Assembly (NCBI GenBank): GCA_963804995.1 | Contig: CAWDSK010000006.1 | Coordinates: 672,001 to 736,000, forward strand | DNA length: 64,000 nt | Direction of reading: 5' to 3' | Origin: an uncultured Acidobacteriota bacterium | GTDB lineage: Bacteria > Acidobacteriota > Terriglobia > UBA7540 | Shown here: piece by piece, positions 45,001-52,706 of the stretch | How positions within the stretch are numbered: the first letter of the stretch is position 1 | Layout: every line of letters starts with the position of its first letter | The notes under the pieces: model-generated | Told to the model about the DNA's origin: nothing | The model's database searches: none | The model's input: only the letters and a program-made list of their open reading frames with translations | Made by a program: the position numbers and the translations under genes

Positions 45001-45660
45001 GGCGTCGTTGTTCTGGGCCCCGTCCACTTCGCCGTTGTTGTAGTAACTGCGAGTTCCGTTAAAGGAGATATCGGGGCTGGCCAGATGCCCCATGTGAGAC
45101 ACGTCGAAATCATTATTCACGGCGCCACCTGGGGTCAGGACGGTAAGGGCCATGAAGTTGCGTCCCACCAGGCTCAGGTCTTGGATTTGTGTCCCGGTCA
45201 CCATGTCGGAAACCGTGGCGTTCTCGGTTTCAACCTTGGTGATGTTACCGGTGACGGAAATTTCCTGCGTGGTCTGTCCGAGAATCAGTTGCAGGTCGAC
45301 ACGCAGAGTTTGGCCTACCTCCAAGGTGATTCCTGAGCGCACCAGCTTTTGAAAGCCGGTGGCTTCCACTGTGACCACATAGTCGCCGATGGGAATTTTG
45401 GCAGCTACGTACTCACCCGCAGAGTTAGTTACCAGATCGCGAGTGAAGCCTTTGATAGGATTCGCAACCTGTACTTTGGCATTGGGGATGGCAGCATTAG
45501 TGGGATCGGTAACCGCGCCCACCAATGTCGCTTCCTGCGCCCATCCTGCGGCCGGCAAGAACAAAACCAGGGCCAAGATAAATAAGCCCGCCTTTCCGAT
45601 GGCACCTGCCGGAGACAGACATGGGTGCGCCTTCTCAAGCCGCTGAGATTTGTGCTCCAT
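42046..45660 (-). CDS. TonB-dependent receptor (Oar-like) with carboxypeptidase-regulatory N-domain
   Basis: GAVTDPTNAAIPNAKV, TKSGTKNFHG, QDDWKV, APRFGFAFD, FNTFNHPQW, terminal QLGMKFIF. Confidence 0.9.
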   Translation of the reverse strand: MEHKSQRLEKAHPCLSPAGAIGKAGLFILALVLFLPAAGWAQEATLVGAVTDPTNAAIPNAKVQVANPIKGFTRDLVTNSAGEYVAAKIPIGDYVVTVEATGFQKLVRSGITLEVGQTLRVDLQLILGQTTQEISVTGNITKVETENATVSDMVTGTQIQDLSLVGRNFMALTVLTPGGAVNNDFDVSHMGHLASPDISFNGTRSYYNNGEVDGAQNNDASSGGVGGGTVPALDSIAEFRISTSNYGADTGVYAGANIQVVTKSGTKNFHGDAFEFVRNDHMDANDWFANREIAPAGGNAPKTPLKWNLPGFTFGGPFYIPHHYNTDKSKTFFFWSQNWARYREGSVISSNAPTVRMRQGDFSECDHASANYNAVAASGCVVPTNPVTGLPFAGDTVPINPNAQAIISALVPLPNNGVKGYLKAPIVPQDWQQEVGRVDQNINEKTALFLRFTLDSWSETLTPALWTGASYDTIASPFRVPAKNAVLHLTHTFKPTVMNEVILAFNNDAHWISVQPGPGSPSGSILKPSTWSVVPIFPVNAAYNVLPGVSVGGGTGFSFYEDAGSNPKYHNSLPIITPKDNLIINLGKQTLKTGFLFQDYFDDTLQQYTDPQGSFSFTGGGPITSGNALADMYLGRIQTYAEGTPYNYVTGTALGGWGENHDRWKQVEFYFQDDWKVERRLTLNLGVRYTWTQMYHNIDNPEHATTFNPSQFNPADAPKIDINGYLIPGSGHFYTSPGNGLAICGVGSEPLGCSYPDRFTWAPRFGFAFDPKGNGKTSVRGGFGVYHDWNAGLEVSAGETNGGPPAVIAPVANNILGYENIVAGPLSPTGIGAFPPHQAIPMIMQYNFTVQHEFTGGNFLSVGWVGTQGRHLGHSRNLNQIPDGAGTQNVPILANQPNCDASGTCNVQNVLISQEFPSIYFNTYQGFGYLNWLEYSAISNYESLQVNYRHAIGHGLTFQGAYTWSHAIDTATGYVANYGVDNTNPSRWRANGDVNRTQVLVLNYTYELPFFRHASSAFLRSGMGGWKISGITSFFTGTPVNISCGETGFSNGVGRGMQCNTLGPLKIQKGVDMTDTQFGPTPTWFNPAMLQQPYLSQYYSNGEPGMFGYEGRNVLTGPGRNNWDMALLKDFQAPWFNGEHSTFQFRLETFNTFNHPQWNGVNAFCGGETPFGAPCSGNANNYQNGQVSGAWQPRIVQLGMKFIF

Positions 45661-45728
45661 AAGTCACACTCCTTTAGGTTAGATAGACCCGACGCTTGAC
45701 GCAAAGACAACCAAGGCTGGTCGCCTAA

Positions 45729-47743
45729 CCTGCCTTTCGCACTTCCACCCGCTACCGGGCTGATTTTGGCAGCTTGCGGTGCACAAGGTCTTTGCCTTCA
45801 ATGGGCGCGGGTTGAAGAGTGCTTGTAGGCCCGACCTACCCTCTTTTCTGGGGCGCGAAGGTCTGGCATTCTGGGGCGTGCACCTGAAGATTCATCGACG
45901 CAAAAAGGACGGCAAGGAACATCGTTATTTCAGCATCGTCGAGAGTCGGCGCGTGTCGCGCTCGAAGGTCGTGCATCGGACGGTGCTGTATCTGGGCGAA
46001 ATCAACGACAGCCAACAATCCGCGTGGCGCAAGACGCTGGAGGTTTTTGACGAGGACCGTCGCGTCCTCGCGTCCCTGAGCCTCTTCCCGGAGGACCGCG
46101 AACTTCCTGCGGATGCTGTGGACGGCGTACAAGTGAAGTTGAGTGAAATGCGCGTTGAGCGGCCGCGCACCTTCGGTGGCTGTTGGTTGGGCTGCGAGCT
46201 GTGGCGCCAGTTGAAGCTGGACGAGTTCTGGCAGGCGAGGTTGCCGGAAGGGCGCGAGGGAGTTCCGTGGGAGAAGGTGCTACGGCTGCTGGTGGTGAAC
46301 CGGTTGATCGAGCCGGGCAGCGAATTCCGTGTGCATCGGCACTGGTTCGATCAGACCGCCATGGCCGAGTTGCTGGCAGTGAACTTCGCGGTGGCCGAGA
46401 AGGACCGGCTCTATCGTTGTCTGGATCGAATACTGGCGCACAAGGCGGAGTTGTTCCAGCACCTGCGGCTGCGGTGGCAAGACCTCTTTGCGGCGCGCTT
46501 TGATCTGCTCCTCTACGATCTCACCAGCACCTATGTGGAAGGAGAGGCGGAAGCGATTCCCAAAGCCCGCCACGGTTACAGCCGGGACGGGCGGTTCGAC
46601 TGTCGGCAGGTGGTGATCGCCCTGGTGCTGACGCCGGAAGGTTTCCCGCTGGCCTACGAAGTGATGGAGGGGAATACTTCCGACCGGAACAGCTTGCGCG
46701 GTTTTCTGGACAAGATCGAGAGCGTGTACGGCAAGGCACGGCGGGTGTGGATGATGGATCGGGGAGTTCCCAGTGAAGAACTGCTGGCGGAGATGCGCAC
46801 CCCGGGGCGGGAGATGTTTTACCTGGTGGGGACGCCACGGGGCAAGATCCGGCAGTACGAAGCGAAGTGGACGGAACTGCCGTGGCGGAAGGTGCGCGAG
46901 TCGGTAGAGGTGAAACTGTTCGCGGAGGAAGGCGAGTTGTATGTGCTGGCGAAGAGCGCAGGCCGCCAGGCGAAAGAGATGGCCATCCGTCGACGCAAGC
47001 TGGCACGGCTGTTGTGGAGGCTGCGGGCCTTGCGGCGCGTGTGTCCGACGCGTGATGCGTTGCTGATGAAGATCGGAGCAGCCAAGAGTGAAGCCGGACG
47101 GGCCTTCGGTTTCGTGAAGATCAGCGTGCCCAAGGCCCAGGAAGAAGTGACTCGCCAGACCTTCCAGTTCCGGCTCGAGCGCAGCAAGTTGGAGGAAGCG
47201 GAGCGGCGCGATGGACATTATCTGTTGCGCACCAATCTGACGGGGGAAAATCCCGAGGTGTTGTGGGACCGCTACATGCAACTGGCGCAGATCGAAGCGG
47301 CCTTTAAGTGTTTGAAGAGTGAGCTGGGAATTCGGCCGATTTATCATCAAATAGAACATCGCGTCGAGGCCCACATCCTCATTGCCTTTCTGGCGTACGG
47401 CTTGTGGGTGACGCTGAAACAGCGTCTGCAGGCCCACGCTCCGGGCCTGACGCCGAAAGCGGTGCTGGAGAAGCTGGCGGGCATGCAGATGCTCGATGTG
47501 TCTTTCCCGACCACGGATGGGCGCCGATTAGTGATGCCCCGCTACACCGAGCCGACACCCGAACAAAAGCTCCTGTTGCACGAACTGCAGCTCGTGCTCC
47601 CCACTCAGCCACCGCCCAGGATCACGGTCCAGCCGGAAATCTTTCCTGCTGGAATGCTGCGTTTGTAGGCCAGACCTTGGCAATGCCTGTACTGAAAAGA
47701 AGCGAGTTAACCCAACTCAACACCCTGAAGTGCGAAAGTTCGG
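45729..47743 (+). mobile_element. IS1634-family element, copy 2 (2015 bp, intact)
   Basis: Same IRs as copy 1; CTAA direct repeat at 45725-45728 and 47744-47747. Confidence 0.88.
45878..47668 (+). CDS. IS1634-family DDE transposase
   Basis: LYDLTSTYVEG, GYSRDGR, MDRG, IEAAFKCLKSELGIRPIYH; GTG start inferred. Confidence 0.88.
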   Translation: MHLKIHRRKKDGKEHRYFSIVESRRVSRSKVVHRTVLYLGEINDSQQSAWRKTLEVFDEDRRVLASLSLFPEDRELPADAVDGVQVKLSEMRVERPRTFGGCWLGCELWRQLKLDEFWQARLPEGREGVPWEKVLRLLVVNRLIEPGSEFRVHRHWFDQTAMAELLAVNFAVAEKDRLYRCLDRILAHKAELFQHLRLRWQDLFAARFDLLLYDLTSTYVEGEAEAIPKARHGYSRDGRFDCRQVVIALVLTPEGFPLAYEVMEGNTSDRNSLRGFLDKIESVYGKARRVWMMDRGVPSEELLAEMRTPGREMFYLVGTPRGKIRQYEAKWTELPWRKVRESVEVKLFAEEGELYVLAKSAGRQAKEMAIRRRKLARLLWRLRALRRVCPTRDALLMKIGAAKSEAGRAFGFVKISVPKAQEEVTRQTFQFRLERSKLEEAERRDGHYLLRTNLTGENPEVLWDRYMQLAQIEAAFKCLKSELGIRPIYHQIEHRVEAHILIAFLAYGLWVTLKQRLQAHAPGLTPKAVLEKLAGMQMLDVSFPTTDGRRLVMPRYTEPTPEQKLLLHELQLVLPTQPPPRITVQPEIFPAGMLRL

Positions 47744-48241
47744 CTAATGACTTAAGTAATCCCCTTCGTGCGGGTGTGCTTCCTCTTACCCGCCTTCCAG
47801 TGACCCACTACTCCACTCCCTGAACTGATGGGCTCCCGAGAGGCCCGGCACCCTAACCCCGGGATGAAGCTTTCAATTGATTTGTCGCCCGCTCCGACGG
47901 AGGAGTGCGTCCATGAGCAAACGACAACGGGTGTGCGTCTGCCCTCCCTGATTTTGCGAGTTTCCTGCCGCCAGCCTTATCCTGGCGGATCGCTACGTTC
48001 TTGTGTGTTAACCGACCACCAAATTATGAGCGGTGTTTACAACACTATTGAGGGAGTTGTCAAGAGTTTTTGTGGATCGTTTTTGTGAATCGCCTTTTTG
48101 AGTGGCTATGATAGCGCCAGTGGTGGCCCACTTGGCGTTTTGCGCTTTGAGTCTTAGCTTTTTTATGCCTCTTTGCTCCGCTACTTGCTCCTCATTTTGT
48201 TCCTGGGTGACCCCCTAACCTGCTGACCCCTGTACTTGGGA

Positions 48242-48292
48242 GTCTGCGATGTCCTGAAGGGACAGGTAAGAGCCAGCGGGTCACCCCAGCCG
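48242..48292 (+). repeat. 51-bp exact direct repeat of 50237-50287 (RAYT 3' end, spacer and part of REP)
   Basis: GTCTGCGATGTCCTGAAGGGACAGGTAAGAGCCAGCGGGTCACCCCAGCCG. Confidence 0.92.
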
Positions 48293-48304
48293 CAAAGGCT
48301 GGCG

Positions 48305-50217
48305 GTTGCGGTAGGGATACCGGTTACCCGGTACCCCCCGCACGGATCCGTACGTGCGCTGGTTAGCGCATACGGCTCTTATCTCGGATGTGTGGCGGCG
48401 AACCGTTGGGATGGCCAAGGATGCACAACGTGCGGAGCAGGCAACCAGCAGGCCGCAAGCTTCCCCAGTCGGTCCCAGTTGAGGCGGTGGCGTTGACTGC
48501 GTTGACGCAGTTGCGTTCGCCACAGTCGGGTCAACCGTTCCCGAAAGATTCGCAGGCGGTCGAGGTTTCCCGGTACCGCGTGATAGTTGAAGTAGCCTTG
48601 CACGACCGACCGGAGCCATTTACCCGTATCCGCGATGGGATCGTGCCGACGCTGCCGGAGTTGTTGCTTGAGTTCCTGCAACTTCCCCCGCAGGCGCTTG
48701 CTGATCGTCTTCCGCTTCACGGTAAATTGCCCCCTCCGGTTCTTCCCGCTGATATGCGTGAAGCCCAGAAAGTCGAACGTCTCCGGCTTACCTTCTCCTC
48801 TCCGTTTCCGGTAAAGTTCGGCAAACGGCCCGAACTCAATCCGGCGCGTTTTGTCAGGATGCAGTTCCAATCCAAACTTCCCCACCCGCTCCCGGAAATC
48901 CTCCAGAAAGCGGTCGGCTTCCGTCTGCGATTGGAATCCAAGGACCGTATCGTCGGCATACCGCACCACGACCACGTCTCCCCGGGCGTGCTTCTTGCGC
49001 CACGCCTGCACCCACAGGTCAAAGACGTAGTGCAGATAGATATTCGCCAGCAGGGGCGAGACCACCGCCCCTTGTGGCGTACCCATCTCCGTCTCCGACC
49101 ATTCGCCTTCCTCCCTCACCCCGGCTTTCAGCCATTTCTGGATGAGCCGGAGAATCCGGGGGTCGGCGACGCGATGCTGCACGAACTTGAGCATCCATTC
49201 GTGGGATATCGAATCGAAAAATCCACGAATGTCCGCGTCAAGAACGTAGTTCACGTGCTTCACCGTGAGCGCGTACGAGAGCGCGTCCAGCGCTTGATGC
49301 TGGCTGCATCCCGGTCGAAAGCCATACGAGAAGCCCAGAAAGTCTTCCTCGTAAATCGCATTGAGGATGGTGACCACGGCCTGTTGGACGATCTTGTCCT
49401 CCAGTGCCGCAACCCCCAACGGACGTTGCCGCCCGTCGCCTTTCGGGATATACGCCCTTCGCGAGGGCTTCGCTCGGAATGCTCCACGGTGGACCCGGCT
49501 GTGCAGATCGACGAGTCGACCTTCCAGCCCGCTTTCATACTCCTGCCACGTCATGCCGTCTACTCCCGGTGCAGCTTTTCGCTTCAAGGCGTAAAAGCTT
49601 TCCCGCAGCAGATCGACCGTTAAGTGGTGGAGCAAGGCCGTGAACTTCATCTCCCTGTGTTCCTTCGCGGCTTTCCGCACACCCGCGAGTCCCTGGGACA
49701 CGCGTGCCCCGCTCTGTGTCGGGTGCGTGTTAGGCCAACGGGTGTTCTCCTTGATCAGCGGCCTTCCCTCCTCATTCTCCGCCAACGGCTTCCCGTCTTT
49801 GTTCAAATGATTCATCGGTACTGTTCCGCTGTCCGACTCCTCGAGAGCGTGCAGGCGGGCTGTACGGCCATCGCCTTTTCCCGCCGTCCGGCCACGATCT
49901 ACGGCGGCCGGCGCCTCCGAGGTCTCCCGGTTCTCGTGCAGAAAGTGTCTAGGCGTGTCTGGGGTCTACGACTACGCAGGACTGTGCCGGAACTCGCGTT
50001 GGCGTCCCGGCCTCATGTTGCCTTCCGTTTAGTCTGAAAACGTCGGCGTCCTGATTGGACATTTTCGAAGCTCAATACCCAGCCCACCTATTCCCCTGTT
50101 TACGCTTCACCGTGCGCCTCACGACGCCCAGCGCAAAACTCGGGGCCGAGTGGATCGCTACTCCTTCCTCGTGAGAAATTTTCATTCTCTGCTTTCTGCC
50201 GGTTTATCCCGGCGCAC
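48305..50217 (-). mobile_element. Group II intron (1913 nt)
   Basis: 5' GTGCG at 50217; 34-nt domain V GAGCCGTATGCGCTAACCAGCGCACGTACGGATC (48378-48345); domain VI ending CGCAAC at 48305; joined exons rebuild an intact REP. Confidence 0.93.
48379..49815 (-). CDS. ltrA: Group II intron reverse transcriptase/maturase (no HNH endonuclease tail seen)
   Basis: APGVDG, RPLG, SYGFRP, GTPQG, RYADD, FDFLGF, GYFNYH; stop abuts domain V; start uncertain. Confidence 0.93.
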   Translation of the reverse strand: MNHLNKDGKPLAENEEGRPLIKENTRWPNTHPTQSGARVSQGLAGVRKAAKEHREMKFTALLHHLTVDLLRESFYALKRKAAPGVDGMTWQEYESGLEGRLVDLHSRVHRGAFRAKPSRRAYIPKGDGRQRPLGVAALEDKIVQQAVVTILNAIYEEDFLGFSYGFRPGCSQHQALDALSYALTVKHVNYVLDADIRGFFDSISHEWMLKFVQHRVADPRILRLIQKWLKAGVREEGEWSETEMGTPQGAVVSPLLANIYLHYVFDLWVQAWRKKHARGDVVVVRYADDTVLGFQSQTEADRFLEDFRERVGKFGLELHPDKTRRIEFGPFAELYRKRRGEGKPETFDFLGFTHISGKNRRGQFTVKRKTISKRLRGKLQELKQQLRQRRHDPIADTGKWLRSVVQGYFNYHAVPGNLDRLRIFRERLTRLWRTQLRQRSQRHRLNWDRLGKLAACWLPAPHVVHPWPSQRFAATHPR

Positions 50218-50275
50218 CAGACCCCCGTACTTTGGGGTCTGCGATGTCCTGAAGGGACAGGTAAGAGCCAGCGGG

Positions 50276-50827
50276 TCACCCCAGCCGATCCATACGCAGG
50301 ATCGACGCATCCTGCAAGAAGTAAAACCTCCAACTCGACCACGGCCAATCCCCCGGCGAACTAACCAGCCCGCGCTTCACCGGGTTGTTATGCATGTAGT
50401 TTAATTTCTCCTGCCGTTTCTCATCGCTGCAAATCTCGAATGGGTAGAATCGGCGCTGCCAGAGGCGGCAGTGCGACTCGTCATGGACCGTGGGTGGCAG
50501 CCGCAGGCGCGTCTGCATCTTCCGGCACCAGGGATACTGCGGGTTCTCCTGAAGTGTTTTGAGGATGCGCGTGGCCGTTTGCTCCTTCAGCCCCTTCAGG
50601 ATCACAGGAGTAGTTTCGGCGGGCTGCGGCAGGAGAAGCAAATGGAAGTGATCGGGCATCAGTACCCAACCGAGGAGCAGGAATTTAAACTCTTGCCTCA
50701 CCTCGTCGAGCCTTTGGACAAAATAGCGGCGAAAGCGGTCAGAAAGGAAGAGGGGCGCGCGCCGATAGGTGCTGGCGGTGATGAATTGGAGGTGGCCCGG
50801 GGTGTAAGTGCGCTCGTAGAATGGCAT
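50276..50827 (-). CDS. REP-associated tyrosine transposase (RAYT, HUH/Y1)
   Basis: FITAST, VLMPDHFHLL (HUH), WQRRFY, YMHNNPVKRGLV, WPWSS; flanked by inverted REPs. Confidence 0.88.
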   Translation of the reverse strand: MPFYERTYTPGHLQFITASTYRRAPLFLSDRFRRYFVQRLDEVRQEFKFLLLGWVLMPDHFHLLLLPQPAETTPVILKGLKEQTATRILKTLQENPQYPWCRKMQTRLRLPPTVHDESHCRLWQRRFYPFEICSDEKRQEKLNYMHNNPVKRGLVSSPGDWPWSSWRFYFLQDASILRMDRLG

Positions 50828-50879
50828 TCTGCCGGAAAGTATACTCGTGCTAGTCCCTTGCTGGAAGAGTGCCCCTTTG

Positions 50880-50919
50880 GGACATCGCAGACCCCAAAGT
50901 GCGAGGGTCTGCGCCAGCC
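50880..50919 (+). repeat. REP upstream of RAYT (unoccupied)
   Basis: GGACATCGCAGACCCCAAAGTGCGAGGGTCTGCGCCAGCC hairpin. Confidence 0.88.
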
Positions 50920-51335
50920 AGCCTGTCACTTCGTTTTCACTGGTGACCACCCGGCGCCCGGCACGGCGCGGCAAAATGCTCCCCTCCTAACTTTAGGAGG
51001 GGTGGCGCTCCGAGCGACGGGGTGGTCTGTAATCCTGAAGAATGCATGCAAAACCAAGCTCTTCTAAACTGCACCATGACCCTGGAGGAAAAACGTCAGC
51101 CCGGTAAAATCCCGCGTGGGTGAAGTACGGCTGAGGTGGGACACCGGTTAATTGCAGGGGCACGGCCAGGGCGGTAGGGTCGCGGCCCGGGCGCGATTCG
51201 GCCGGGGTGGCAGCGACATTTTGGCGTCCCAGTTGCGCGGCTCCCAGGGGCTCCGCGGGCCTTGTCCCATCAAAAAGGCAGGCTTTGCTCCAGTCAGAGA
51301 AATTTTGACCCTGAGGTTCTCGCTCCGGCGCGGCG

Positions 51336-52364
51336 TCATTTTATTCCCGACCCAACCAGGAACATCGCAACGATCAGGATGACAAGTCCCGCACTCATAA
51401 CCTGTAACGGCCTGCGCCCCGCACTGCGCCACTCACCGGTAAAGAGTCCCCAAAGATTTGCGACGACAACCATCGAAGACATGATGAGTGCCCAGCCCAC
51501 TGATGAGCCCATCTTGCCAAGCCGCGCTGCTCCCATTCCGTAAAAAAGGAATCCCGCCAGCCACATCGCTCCCATGCTTGCGGCCAGCAGATAATTGCGG
51601 CCCGTTCCCGGCAGCAGAAATTTTCCGAGGCTATGATTTCGCATGTAGAGATATGCGCAGAACACCGTGTTGCAAACCAGCAAGGGAAAAGTGAGGAGGG
51701 CCCAAAGTGGATTGGCGGCATATTGCGGATTTGTTCCTAAATGTTTCGCCACGTCGGCCATTTCCGTTCCAAAGGCGAAAGCAAGATTGCCGCAACAGGA
51801 GAGAACTCCGGATAGAACGCAGATGAAAACCCCGAGCGCATAGGATTTCTTGGGAGAGGGATTCACCGCACTCGCGTCTTTCGCCACCGTGTCATCTCGC
51901 AATTTCCCTGCCCACGAGCACATTGAAACTCCGGCAAGCACCACCACAATTCCTACGAGGACGGTGATTCCTTGCGCGGAAGTTGGGCTCACCTGTGATA
52001 GGACCAGCATGGGAACCAGAGTTCCAATCGCCGCCGCCAATCCAATAATGATTGCAAAACCGAGCGCCATGCCCAAGTAATCCACTCCCAAACCGAAGGT
52101 GACTGCGCCAATTCCCCAAGCCACTCCCCAGAGAAGCGTGCGCACCTCTGTTGCGGTGCTGGTCTGAGAAAGAACTTGCCCAAGGTGGGGGACCGTGACG
52201 AGAGCCACTAGCCATGGGCATATCAGATAGGCCGTCACACTGAATCCCAGCCAGGTGTTCTCCCAACTCCACGCCGCGGTGTACTTGATGGGCAATATAA
52301 AAGTGCCTTGAAAGAATCCTGCGGCTAGAACCAACAGGATTCCGATTGCGATATGTTCGGTCAC
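51336..52364 (-). CDS. RhaT-like L-rhamnose/proton symporter family protein
   Basis: WSWENTW, WGIGAVTFGLG, LGMALG, ANLWGLFTGEW; about 10 TM segments; GTG start with GGAGG RBS. Confidence 0.82.
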   Translation of the reverse strand: MTEHIAIGILLVLAAGFFQGTFILPIKYTAAWSWENTWLGFSVTAYLICPWLVALVTVPHLGQVLSQTSTATEVRTLLWGVAWGIGAVTFGLGVDYLGMALGFAIIIGLAAAIGTLVPMLVLSQVSPTSAQGITVLVGIVVVLAGVSMCSWAGKLRDDTVAKDASAVNPSPKKSYALGVFICVLSGVLSCCGNLAFAFGTEMADVAKHLGTNPQYAANPLWALLTFPLLVCNTVFCAYLYMRNHSLGKFLLPGTGRNYLLAASMGAMWLAGFLFYGMGAARLGKMGSSVGWALIMSSMVVVANLWGLFTGEWRSAGRRPLQVMSAGLVILIVAMFLVGSGIK

Positions 52365-52706
52365 GAGCCTTCCTCCGGGGTAAAGGTATTTCAAATCTTG
52401 CGAGCGGCACTCAATTGGAATAAAGTGCGTGTGAGTCCGAAGAGGACTGACTGTCAGCCTGCAATCAGCGCCATCGGAGTCGTCGCATTCTACAGCAAGT
52501 TGGGAGCGGCATGAGTATAATCGCCACGCAGCCTGGGGCGCGGGTAAGATCCTTTCAGGCCGCGCGCATCGAGCCGCCGCTCTCCAATCTGCCCAAGGCT
52601 TTTGTGTAACCTCCTCGTTCCTGACCCTGACTCGCCCCACGCGCTTGCCGCCGCGACGAACAGAGAATCCGCGAGGAGACCAACCCGCACTGAATATGAG
52701 GTCTTC

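Noticed and set aside
21317..47743. Composite transposon or completed inversion between the IS1634 copies
   Set aside because: Each copy retains its own matched TSD (CCAA/CCAA and CTAA/CTAA)
48379..49815. RT as retron, DGR or defence-associated RT
   Set aside because: Clear GTGCG start, domains V/VI and maturase region identify a group II intron
48242..50287. 51-bp direct repeat as a target-site duplication of the intron
   Set aside because: Group II introns make no TSD; the exon junction is seamless and the repeats do not abut the intron ends symmetrically
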